In this document: in pieces, positions 24,537 to 35,310 of the stretch
Position numbering within the stretch: position 1 is the stretch's first letter
Layout: every line of letters begins with the position of its first letter
Source of the DNA: Fimicolochytrium jonesii
Lineage: Eukaryota
DNA length: 64,000 nucleotides
Direction: 5' to 3'
Assembly (NCBI RefSeq): GCF_025526975.1
Contig: NW_026515685.1
Span: forward strand, 496,001-560,000
Notes under the pieces: generated by a model
Told to the model about the DNA's origin: nothing
Seen by the model: only the letters and a program-made list of their open reading frames with translations
Database searches by the model: none
Translations under genes and position numbers: made by a program

Positions 24537-25339
24537 TACAGTATACCAAAGGTGCGAGACAGAGAGAGGGGGAAGGGGGGGCGGAGTTTCAACCCGGCGG
24601 ATTGCAGCATTGAGGAGAACGCGGAGACACGCAACGGCGAGAGTCGGAGAAAAGGTGAGTTCTGCTCCTCATATTCGCATTGGGAACGGAAAGAAGTTTG
24701 GGCTTATTTAATGTCCGCGTTTGGGAAAAAGGGAAAGAAGGATCATATCGCTTACGAAGCCGACAGCGCTGGAGCCTAAACCCTGTCAAATCACGTCAAA
24801 ACGCGGAAGCGTAAGCAAGTGAACAACGCGCTGAGGGAAGGGTTTCGCAGGCCCAACCCAGTCCGCGTCTATCCATGTCTGAATGTGCCACTGCTCCAGT
24901 ATCGGCACGAAGCCCATCCCCTCCTGCCTTCACCACACTTCATGCGTAACGGTAAGCGTATCCGAAGCGGCGCGTTTCTACTAAGCCATTGATATACTAA
25001 GCTTCGTCTAGTATTTGTAAGTGGGAAGGTAAGTGCAGTCTTCTCTCCGCAAGTGAAAAAGGTTTGTGCGTATGGTGAGGGGTGTGGTGTGTAAAAAACG
25101 GTGGGTGACGAAGGGTGGTTGCAGATATATTGATTGTAGCCGCGATCTCGTTCTACGCCTGCGTACTAATGCTGTGATGAAGCAGAGTGTGGTGCCCGAA
25201 GCACATCGTCTGCCGTACATGACAGCCTCGATCCCGCTTGATGGATGGATTTCAAATGGAGTAGTAATGCCACCGATTCTTTCCAGACTACGCACATAAC
25301 ATCCCATACAAACTCTACCCAACCCTCAAATCCCACGTT

Positions 25340-26133
25340 TCAACCCCCACTCCCACTCCCCAAATCCACATCCCTTGCCTCGCCTTTCTCCGCACTTTCC
25401 TCCACATAAAGCTGCATCTTCAATATCCCAGCATCCATAGTCTTCAACGGCACAATCGCGGCAGCGCTCACATCCACCTGCCCCGGGTCGCTCGGAATCC
25501 ACGGCGCCGCCTTCGCCAACTCATTGACCGGCCCCTTCGCCTCCTCACTCAACTCCACCAGAATCGCAAACGCCGCGTCGGGCGGATTAGGCGCCAGCAA
25601 CGCATCACACACCGATATCTTGAGCAAAAACGCGCGCAAATGCCTCTCCACATCCCCAACCCCAATACTACTCTCCGCGTTCTTCAACATGCTCTCGCTC
25701 AGCCCCTCCGTCAGCGTCCGGATCTGGAACGTGAATTTCTCGTAGGGCTGTTTCGTCCGTGGGTCGTGGATGACCAGATAGAGTTTCGAGACGGTGCCGC
25801 GTTGAAGGTCGGGGGTTAGACCCGAGAGGACATCGCGGATGTACCCGTTTAGCACGGGGTGTCGCGACATGCGCACTGGGACGTTGTATTTGCGACGGGG
25901 GGAGAAGAGTTCGGCGGGGTACACGGAGCGGATGTAGAGGATGTAGTGGATGGCTACTTCGAGGAATTCGATGAGGGTGTCTGGGATGATTGGGGTTTTG
26001 GTTAGGCCCTCCCTTCAGACGCATGACAAAACATGGAAATGCGGACCTCGCTTCACGTACCCGTCAACTCCAAGAAGTTCAAGACGGGCGCCGTCGGTGC
26101 GGCGGAAGCGGGAGTACGAGTACTTGAGGACAT
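25340..26133 (-). CDS. REV7: HORMA-domain DNA polymerase zeta subunit Rev7/MAD2L2 (1 intron)
   Basis: DTLIEFLEVAIHYILYIRSVYPAELFSPRRKYNVPVRMSRHPVLNGYI, EKFTF, LRAFLLKISVCD and PLKTMDAGILKMQLYVEE. Confidence 0.93.
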
Positions 26134-26925
26134 TTTCGTTGCAAGCGTCGGGTCGATGTTGGGCGGGTCGTTGGGTCTCGGAGGTGGAATGCACTGTGTC
26201 CGTTCCAGATCCAGGTCACTTCCTGCGCCACAGCTGATAGGTTGAAAACTTGGGCCCCTTTACAGCATACGGCGGCCCCTTGCGACTATTGAGGGTGCGC
26301 GGGTGTACTTCGTCTCTCTCTGTGTTGGTGAACAGCACTTGCGACTGCCTCATTTGCCAATGCGTAAGGAATCCTCATTTCTGGAAAGCGCGCGGTGCTG
26401 CATGTTCAGCACATGTATTTGTATCATCAATCGCACCGACAAAGAAGGTTTAAAATGCAAGAAATCTTAAATAAGAAGAATAAAATATCAGACAAAAGGG
26501 GGCGCAGTAGAGGCTGGAGTAGATACAACGGTGGGATTCCGCGAATTGCGGCGTGCATGCAAGAATGTGTGCGGAAGGGGAAGTTTTCCATCGCTATGAT
26601 ATGATGCGAATGTGGATGTGGGGATGCAATGATGGTGATGTCGATATAGATGCGATGGTGATGCGAATGGCGTGGTGTGTCGATGATGCCCTCGCCAAGA
26701 TCCTTAAAGGCCGTAGGTGCATGTTCCCCTCTCTCTCCCCTCAAAACGAGTGGAAATCATGTGATAGCGTCGGGAAGTGCGACTAGCGACCGGCAAAATG
26801 ATGCCCGTTCACGCTGGGAACATGCAGGCCACGTCGTGCAGCTTTCCCAGAGTCCCTCGTTCCTAGTTCGCCTCGATGCACACAACCCCCTACGAAGCCT
26901 ATGCGCGACCAAAAAACGTCATCGC

Positions 26926-28347
26926 TTAACGCCGGCCTCTGCTCGAACCCCTTCCACGGCTTCCACCCCTTGACCCACCCCTTGACCCGCCCCTCGAACC
27001 CCCACGTCCCCGCCCTCCACCTCTACTCGCGCCCCGCCCCCTCCCTCCACCCCCACCACGACCACCACCAACACTGCTCTTCATTCGTTTCGCGCTGAAC
27101 CCGCTTAAATCGTCCACGCTGTCGGCGGTATTGCTCTTCTTGTGCCGCTTCATGCCGCCAAAGCCGAACTTCTCGTCCTTGCGTTTACGTTTGTTACCGT
27201 CGCTGCTGCCGCCACGACCCCCGCGAGAGGCCTTGTCGGCTTTGTCCAGCTCGATACCGAAATCCAGATCGTCCCCGGCGTTGCCGTCGTCGTTCGCGTT
27301 TTCAGTGGAGGCGTGTTTCCGCCGTGCGACTTTGACCTTTTCGATTTCGGACTTTTTGGTTTTCGTGCGTTCCAGCAGTTTCTCTTGTTGTACTTTCTTG
27401 CCAAACTGTTCATTTCACACGTCAATTGGAGATCAGTAAAACTGTCCGCATAAAGTCATAATATGGAGAACCACCCCCCTACCTTCTTGAGATCCCTCTG
27501 CTTCCTCGCCTTCTCTGCCGCCTGGATAGACGCAGCCTCATCCAGCAACTTCTGCCTGACCCTGGCCATGTGCTCATCCGTCTTGACCATTTCCGCGAAA
27601 AAGTCGTCCGGGCGGGAGAATGGCACACCGGCAGCCAGAATCTTTTTCCGGCCCTCTGTTGCGCCGAACAGCGCTTGCTTGTAGAACGCGAGCTCCCGTT
27701 TCAGGTCGTCATGCACGTCTGCCTGTTCGAGGTCGAGAGGCGCTGGGGAGGTGATGGATTGCGTCTCGATCCAGGGAAGGGTGGTGGGGAGGCGGATGTC
27801 TTCGAGGCGGGACAATAGTGCGACCTGGACGTGGATCGAGAGGTGTGAGTTTGTTTCTCACCGCGAACGCAAAGGGCACAAAGTTTTGGGTAAGACTATT
27901 TCGCGCCACGCATACCGTGTTGTTGGCATACACCTTCTCGACCAGCTCTTCGTCGTCGCTACCCTCTTCTCCCTTGCCCTTCATCATTTCCAGATACGCC
28001 TGCATTTCCAGTTCATCCTCCTCGTCCATTTCCTCAGCTCCATTCTCTCCCGCTGCCTCCTTCTCTTCATCCTCACTGTCAGCCGCGACAGCTACTGCCG
28101 CCGCCTTGTGCTTCTGCTTCTTCCCTCCGACCTTCTTGAGCTTCACGGCCGATGGGTCGTTCTCCTTCATCATTGCTGCCACTTCAGGGTCGACTTCCAG
28201 CTGCTGCTCCTCAATGAAGGCGTTGATGTCCGAGGCCGGGGTCACTTTGGCGGCGCGAGCGGCTTTCGCGGCAGCTCCTGCGGCCTTTGCCGGGGTCGTG
28301 GCTTTCGACTTTTGCTTTCCTCCTCCTCCTCCTGCCTTCTTTGCCAT
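26926..28347 (-). CDS. EBP2: rRNA-processing protein Ebp2 (spliced)
   Basis: DVHDDLKRELAFYKQAL...PFSRPDDFFAEMVKTDEHMARVRQKL and KDEKFGFGGMKR, with an RGG-rich tail. Confidence 0.95.
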
Positions 28348-28441
28348 TGTTGCTTCTGCTGTATGGGGGAATGTCCTGAGGTTGGAAGTACCAACACCTC
28401 CAAAGTGCGATAATTGGGCATTGCGAAGTTCTTTCCTGTCG

Positions 28442-28462
28442 GGTCACGAGATCGGTCACGTG
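28442..28462. promoter_or_regulatory. tandem GGTCACG(A/T)G E-box-like sites in the EBP2/FCF2 divergent promoter
   Basis: GGTCACGAG (28442-28450) and GGTCACGTG (28454-28462) lie in the 218-bp gap between the two head-to-head start codons. Confidence 0.4.
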
Positions 28463-28565
28463 CGGATTGAATGTTAAACATTCATTCTTTTGCCCCGTTC
28501 GCAACTTCTCCGACGCTCAACCAAGTTGAACCAACGAAGCATTTGCAGCAAGCTTCCCCATCACC

Positions 28566-29517
28566 ATGACGCTCGCAGCTGACCTCGACCTCGACTCTTT
28601 ACTGGAGAAGGCCACCCGCGCTCTTCAAGAGCGCCAGGCTGCCGTCATGTAAGCACGCAAGTGACGTTTTCAAGGGAACACGGAGAACAACCGTTGACCT
28701 CATTCCACTTGCCTCTCTCGCAGCTCCCTCCAAATAGAAAACGAAAAGAAGCCCTTAGAAACCGTCAAACTCGACCCGGGAATCCAGCGGAGAGATATTG
28801 TCTACCTCGACAACAATGATAAACGAAGGGGCCCTGTCCGCCTCAACTTGGAGAAGGCGGTGGTGATAGAAACCGAGGTGGAGAAGGACAGCGCAGGAAA
28901 GCCGAAAGACCCTGTTGCGCTGTGCAGGCAGAAGGTGCAGAACGGACCCGAGAAGCTGGTGGTTCAGGCGGCACCAGAGACGCTGCCGCCGGCTTTGGAT
29001 TGGGATGCAAAGAAGAAGAAGGCAGTAGGTTACGAACCTCTCAGAACAAATGATGTAGGAGGGGATGCTTATTCTTGGGCGCTCAACCAGATGACAAGGG
29101 AGACCTCTGGCCCAAAATGGTTTGACATGCCTGCGCCAGAACTGACGGACGAGATCAAACGCGACCTTCATATTCTCAAATCTCGTTCGGTGCTGGACCC
29201 AAAACGGCATTACAAGAAGGGCACCCTGAACAACCCGCCAAAGTTCTTCCAGGTAAGAACTTCTATTTCTCTACCACTTCAAGACCTCAGCAACTTTCGC
29301 TAATCATGCACCTTCTCAGATGGGAACAATCATCCAAGGCCCCATTGAATTCTACTCCAGCCGAATGACGCGCAAAGAACGCCGGGACAACATCGTCGAG
29401 GAATTGATGGCCGACACGGACTCGCGAGCGTATTTCAAGCGCAAATTCTTAGGCATCCAGGAAGAGAAGGACCAGTTCACAAAGAAGGGATGGAAGAGGC
29501 GGAAGGAGCGGAAGTAA
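28566..29517 (+). CDS. FCF2: rRNA-processing protein Fcf2 (2 introns)
   Basis: TSGPKWFDMPAPELTDEIKRDLHILKSRSVLDPKRHYKK...PKFFQ/MGTIIQGPIEFYSSRMTRKER. Confidence 0.93.
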
Positions 29518-30006
29518 GGGCAAATGTGCATGGAGAAGTCGTTGTGCGTAGAGTATAAATTATTCTTAGGCAATCCAGCGGGGTCCACTTGGTGTAAAAT
29601 AGTGTACATAGTAAGAATAGGATGTCTCCGGCCGCTGCTCCCAATTTATTCAGCGCAACAAATGGCTCGTCGTCGGTCGAGGATGAGCTTCTCGTGGACA
29701 CAAACTGTTGCGGGGCCCTACAAAGCCCGCGCGTCCCTTCCCAGATTCCCACTTTTCCCCATCTTTCGAAAAAAATGATCTTTCGGGCAATCCACTCTTT
29801 CACTCTGAGGATGAAATGCATCTCACCCCGGTCCAAGGTCCGATAGCTTAGACGGTGAGCTGCATGACTGACTTGTTACATGGGCAAAGTCTCACTTCCA
29901 GCAGATCCGCTGATCTTGCTTCTTAACAGTGGCACCCTCTCTGTACGTCCATCCACCTCGCCATCTCCAACTACTCTCCTCCCCAAAAGACGCCCTTGAG
30001 TCTACG

Positions 30007-31286
30007 ATGCCACCAAAGTCTACCGCCGGAGCTATTACCTTGGTGGCACTTGAATCGCCCCGCGACTATCTCAACTGCCTCTTAACCTGCAAAGCCTGGA
30101 ACTCGGCATTCTTCGAAAGGGAACGGCGACTCCTCAGACACAACTTCAGTGAAACCACAAGTCTCCCGTTCGCGATAATAGTCAACGAGAATCGAAGGTT
30201 CTATCCGCCAGGACACGAAGACCTCACGTACATACACTGCTTTGGAGGACCGCAATTACCTGATAATGGGGCAAGCTCGACGTGGCCTTCTAGACCTCGG
30301 AGTTTGGCTCGCGTACAATATTCAGCGAGTCCCAGAGCGGGGGATGGCTAGGAGTGGGTAACTCGTGCTAGAGGTGAGTAACTCGGGTTAGGGGTAGACT
30401 AGTTAGACAGCTGCCGAGCGGAGCGTGATAGATCCTGGTTGTAGGTATATATTGAGGTGATAAGTCGCGGGGGCAAAGACAAATGGAGGAAGCGGAGGGA
30501 TCCAGAGGAAAGATGCCCTGACCGGGTTAATGCATTTCTGCGTTCCTAAGCTTCGATGCGCAAGATCACTCTTACATTCGTTTCCCCGCATGGCCCTGTG
30601 CATACATACTCTGGCATAATACGCGTTTGCTGCCGACATGATACGCGTAAACACCCACATCCAGTTCAAACTAAACTCCCATCGTACATACCACGCAAAC
30701 CCGGCCGTGTGCACTGCCTCTTCTTTACCGGTCCGCACAAAAGAACCTCTTCTTTCACCGCTTCGTTCTCCATTTTTTAACTAATTTTTTTGGTTCTGTT
30801 AGAAGGCATTTTTAAGGAAGGTGAGAAGCACGTTTTGCACGGCCATTTGTCTCCATCCTGCCCGCCCACCCGCATTCAGCTTCTCTTGACCATCGTCGAA
30901 AGGGCAACTACCATCCTGCCGAATTTGAGGTACGCCGGGGTGATGCTTGGCCCGAAGTTGAACAGGAAAGGTTGATGATATTCGTTCCAGTCGTGCATTC
31001 AAGGCGAATTGCGGGGTCAGATAATTTGCAATTGAGTTGCGCATTTGACGCATGGGAGGCTGTGAAGTGGGTGCGGAAACGAAGACAAGCCCTCATAAGC
31101 ACTTACACAGTGAAACCTAGCCTATTGACCAAATACCGCCAGCACTGTGTGGCGCAGAACTCACATCTTCACCGAGAAACCTTGCGAGGAGGGGGGGCCA
31201 GCAAGCTGCGAAGAAATTTACAGAACTCGTTTCCCCGACGCTCTTGTGCCATCCGCCCCGACAAACAGTTAGTGTCCGGGTTCTAG
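30007..31286 (+). pseudogene. decayed F-box gene remnant
   Basis: F-box split over two frames: QSLPPELL in one frame and LVALESPRDYLNCLLTCKAWN in another. Fragmented coding-like stretches follow. The right boundary is uncertain. Confidence 0.45.
30261..30688. mobile_element. possible solo LTR or insertion (428 bp)
   Basis: Begins TG and ends CA, with TACC on both flanks (30257-30260 and 30689-30692). Contains an internal TATA-like site and an imperfect tandem GTAACTCG repeat. Removing it rejoins an open frame (HCFGGPQLP-RKPGRVHCLFF). Confidence 0.35.
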
Positions 31287-31908
31287 GAAGTCAAGGCCGA
31301 GGCTCTCGAGTGGATTGATGATCACCCTTTTTGGATTTGTATGCAGGTAGGGCTGGACCCAGGGTAAATCTAGAAACCTTCGCAACCATCCGCCTCCCGT
31401 CTATGCAGTCAGTGCGGATGTCATCCGCCCGAAGTAGAAAGAGACCGCCATGGCATTTCGTTGAAGCGGATATAAGTAGGAGCGCAAGAAAATCATTTAT
31501 TGGTGCACAAGCTGCCTTGCGAGTCGAACTGTCAATCTCCCAAGTCAGTCAATAGATATATAGACATTCCCAACTCGTGCTTGCATGATCGTTTCGGGGT
31601 GGGAGAGAGAAGCAATTACGGGAACTATTCTACTCAGCAAGGACTCCCATCGCAATTAATCATGCTTTGAGGGTGTCATTACGAACTATTTGAGCCCTAC
31701 AAACGGCCCGTGAAGTCATCCAGACTCAGTCACGCCATGTTCTTTTGTGGAGTCTTCGCAAGCTCCTATTGGGTATCGTAGTTTATAGCTGGGTTGAGTC
31801 TGGATGACTTCACGGGCCGTTTGTAGGGCTGAAATAGTTCGTAGGAGCTTATCAATAGGAGCTTGCGAAGGACTCTACAAAAGAACATGGCGTGAGTATG
31901 TTGTGCGG

Positions 31909-33198
31909 TCACTCAAGATCGGTGGTCAGCTCCTCGAACTCCTCCTCCATGTCAGTCGCTGGTCCCGTCCGCGCGAAACCCAAATCCAACAGACGCACTC
32001 CAGAGCTCGGGTGATAGACGAAATTTCCCTGATGGACATCTCCATGCACGATGCCGGATTGGTGTAGCGAACGCAGGCAAGCAAAGCATTCGTCAATCAG
32101 CTGAGGAGTGAGGTCCGATTTCTTCAAAGTAACCCCACAGTCTTCCAGCCCCAGGATTTTCAGCATGTTCCACACTCGAATGTACCCCAGAAAACGGGGA
32201 ATGGTACGACCCTGGAGGTGTGCAAGGGCGCGATACTGGTCTACTTCATTGTCTAGCTCGGTTGAGAATTGATGGTTCTTGCTTTCGTCGACTATCTTGA
32301 AGATAACCTTTGCTCCCCGGAACGTTCCCTCCACCACCGCACCCATGCGGGCCCTGGCTCGTCCTTTGTTGAACATGACATCATTGATATCGACATCGGT
32401 GAGAATGTATGGCATTGGTGTGGACGGGCGCGAAGTTGACGGGGATGCAGAAGCGGATACCGATCGGGATGGCGCCGGCGAGGTGGTGGGCGACACATAA
32501 AACCAATTGTCGATGCAGAGTAACAGAAGAGTGGTATAAGCTTCTAAGACGGTGAAAGGGGAGCTTCTGTCGTAGCTAAATGGTCCTGCTACCTGGAGAC
32601 GGCCGCCAGGCTCAGACCATTCGCGTTGCAAAAAGTATGTTTCCTCATACGTCGTGAGAACTCCGTAGCGGTGGTGGTTAAACGTCATGTACCCATAGAT
32701 TTGATTGACATCGCGGCGAACTTTCGATTTGGGCTGCGCGCTCTGGTAGGTCTGAACAAGTTGGCGTAGTTTTGGAAAAGCCCAAGGGGTCTTGAATTCT
32801 ATCGTCAGAATGGGTTTTTCCTCGCCACCGTCAAGAATCCGGTCCGGGTCCAAGATTACCGATTTGGTGCCCGTAATGTCGACGATGTGATACCCGGCAT
32901 GGCCCAGTGCCTCAAGGATATCCGTCAAGCTCTGGTGCAAAGTACCGTCAGCAAAAGCTTGGACGTTCTGCTCAGATGAGACGGGAGTTTTAAGCGTATT
33001 ATTGATGGTTCCTTGGAACAAACTTCCGCTCAGGAGAGAGCGATTCGACCGAACCGCATGGGGGAAGTCAACCCACTCCTCGATAACGCTCAAGTCGGTT
33101 AGCGGGTGTGAGGGAGTTGTTGTCGAGCTGGAAGAAAGTCGAGAGTGCCGCGGGATAGCAGGGAGAACCGCATTCTGAACAAACTGTAAAACAGACAT
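31909..33198 (-). CDS. intronless PD-(D/E)xK restriction-endonuclease-like domain fused to a protein-kinase-like domain
   Basis: Nuclease-type motifs DPDR...TIEFKTPW...NQIYGYMTFNHHRYGVLTTYEETYFLQR, then a Ser/Pro linker. Kinase motifs VIFKIVD, ELDNEV, IPRFLGY, VHGDVHQGN and LLDLGFA. Confidence 0.8.
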   Translation of the reverse strand: MSVLQFVQNAVLPAIPRHSRLSSSSTTTPSHPLTDLSVIEEWVDFPHAVRSNRSLLSGSLFQGTINNTLKTPVSSEQNVQAFADGTLHQSLTDILEALGHAGYHIVDITGTKSVILDPDRILDGGEEKPILTIEFKTPWAFPKLRQLVQTYQSAQPKSKVRRDVNQIYGYMTFNHHRYGVLTTYEETYFLQREWSEPGGRLQVAGPFSYDRSSPFTVLEAYTTLLLLCIDNWFYVSPTTSPAPSRSVSASASPSTSRPSTPMPYILTDVDINDVMFNKGRARARMGAVVEGTFRGAKVIFKIVDESKNHQFSTELDNEVDQYRALAHLQGRTIPRFLGYIRVWNMLKILGLEDCGVTLKKSDLTPQLIDECFACLRSLHQSGIVHGDVHQGNFVYHPSSGVRLLDLGFARTGPATDMEEEFEELTTDLE

Positions 33199-33750
33199 TG
33201 ACTGGTCGTTGCTCAATAAGGCTGGGATGGCGAGGAGGTTGTAGGAGCAGTTGTAGGGAGCAGAGACGAGACAGCGTTAAACGGAAGTTCGGGTTGTCAG
33301 TGAAGCGCAGGAAAATGAACGCCAACGACCTCGGCAACAGGGGAGCTCTGTCTGCGAAGTGATGGACTGAATAAAGTTCAGCTCCACAAGCACGTGCACG
33401 CCCATGGGGACTATTAAATCTGATGTTTGCTTTTTCATTTTTATAAAGGCAATTCTGGTTCCCAAATAACCCTCGCCGCCGGGATTGCTCTGTTCCTCCT
33501 TCCGGATACAAAAGAACCGCTCCTCTCGATATTGTTGCTAAGGCTGTATTTCACTTATTGACTGATGCGTTAGATCCAGGTAGCCGCTTCTCGAACGTTC
33601 TGAACATAAGTCCTACTCCGTCCTCGGAAGGTTTGTGGAAAGATACCGTTTTTTTGCAAACAGGCCCCTCCAATGACACAGTATGTTCGCCATGAGCACA
33701 CCCGATAGGCACGCGACAATTTCACAGATTCTCCAGATACCCCTGCCAAG

Positions 33751-34059
33751 CGTATCATACTCGCCCGCAGTCGCGCCGATGGCGCTCCGGCGGCACTCTC
33801 TGGAGAAAGCGCCGGACAGTCAACGCACATGACAGTCCAACGCACTTTTCCAGAAGTCGCCGGCCTACCCGCACATCTGAAGAAGTACGGAAATTGACGG
33901 CGGCTTGGCGAGCCCGTCGCCCCCGGATATCTGGCCACCGTACACTGTAGCTTTGTTGAAAAAGTTCGTTGGACTGTCGTGTGCGTTGGACTTTCTGGCA
34001 CTCACTTGTGAGTGTCCGGCTTCACGCAGCGCGGGAAGTACCGGGTCGAGTATGATACG
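33751..34059. repeat. foldback / MITE-like nested inverted repeat (about 310 bp)
   Basis: CGTATCATACTCG (33751-33763) pairs with CGAGTATGATACG (34047-34059). GCCGGACA pairs with TGTCCGGC. An arm of about 33 bp at 33818-33850 pairs with 33958-33992 with few mismatches. Confidence 0.8.
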
Positions 34060-34342
34060 AGACCTTTGGGACGGGTAATGGGACAACCCTCGGCCCAGCG
34101 TACATACAAGTATATAGCGGGCGTCTGGGGCTGTAGCTTGTCATCTTGTCATATTATGCCAAGCACGTCGTCCGCCGACAGTGTAATTCTTTTCAACAAT
34201 ACCGTCGAAAATCTGACGGCTGTAAGGTCAGTAATCGTGCACCGGTCCCTGAGATGATGAAACAGGACTTGGCTGCGAATGACTGGAGCAAAGACGCTGC
34301 CATTCCCCAAAACCCACTCAACCCCCTGAACACATCTCCACC

Positions 34343-34765
34343 ATGCCACCCGTCCACCACTTCGTCTCCTTCAAATACAAACCCACCCTCGCCTCTCCAG
34401 AAATATCAGCCTCTGTCCGGCACTTCACGTCGCTGAACACCTCCGTCACTCGCCCGGACGGCACGCCGCTGATCAGAAGCTTCATCCGCGGCGAGAACTC
34501 CAGTCCCGAGGGCTTACACCAAGGTCAGTCAGTTCCTCTAGTGCTCTCGGACCCAGTCGTTTGAGATGATTGACATCATGGTCCGCCAGGCCACACCCAT
34601 GGATTCCTCCTAGTGTTCGCGTCCACCGACGACCGGGACACGTACCTCGCGCATCCGGCACACGTCAAGTTTGCCACAGAAGTGAAGGGGATGGTTGACG
34701 GCGTATATGTTTTTGATATCAATCAGGAAGAGGCGTTTGTGGATGGGGCGGTGGTGAAGGCGTAG
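34343..34765 (+). CDS. stress-responsive A/B barrel (Dabb) protein (1 intron, 34524-34589)
   Basis: MPPVHHFVSFKYK...GENSSPEGLHQG/HTHGFLLVFASTDDRDTYLAHPAHVKF. Confidence 0.9.
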
Positions 34766-35310
34766 TTTGGTGCGTTTGGTGGGGGTCTGAGACTGATGCG
34801 ATGCTTGTGTACATATATCCCGACGCGGGCGGGCTGCTCTTGCGGGCATTTTTCGAGGGGAGGAACGATAGTCTTTGAAAAGGCTGTGCGTGTTTTTGGA
34901 ATTCACCGTAACTTGTGACCCAGCCGATGCGACGGGCGATGAGGGCATTCGTTTCAGTTGAGCTCCTTTTTCGTGAAGGCGTAGCGAACATGAGCGCGTG
35001 AACTCGAGGTGCGAGAACGCGTAAGCCCACGGCCCCGGCCAGGGCACGATGGATTATGTAGGATAGCGGAATGGATCGGGAAACGAGACTCAACTGGCGC
35101 ATTCCATGTTTCCACCATGTTTTGTGTGATGTGAATTTGAAGAAGAATCATGGCAGACTTTGAAAAGGCAACAGGAACAAGTGATGCTAACTTCATATGA
35201 TTTTCCAAATAGCAGAAGAATGAAAAGTCTATCTAAAAAAGGACACGCTCAGCTACCTACTTCCACCTAAGAATACTCCCAACGTCCTCCATTCCACCGC
35301 ATCTACACCT

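Noticed and set aside
25171..25226. C/D-box-like segment GCTG-TGATGA...ATGA-CAGC
   Set aside because: The D box is non-canonical, the segment is very short, and no rRNA guide was recognised.
33867..33883. CTGAAGA...GAAA hammerhead-like core inside the foldback element
   Set aside because: The intervening 6 nt cannot form stem II, and no convincing stems I or III were found.
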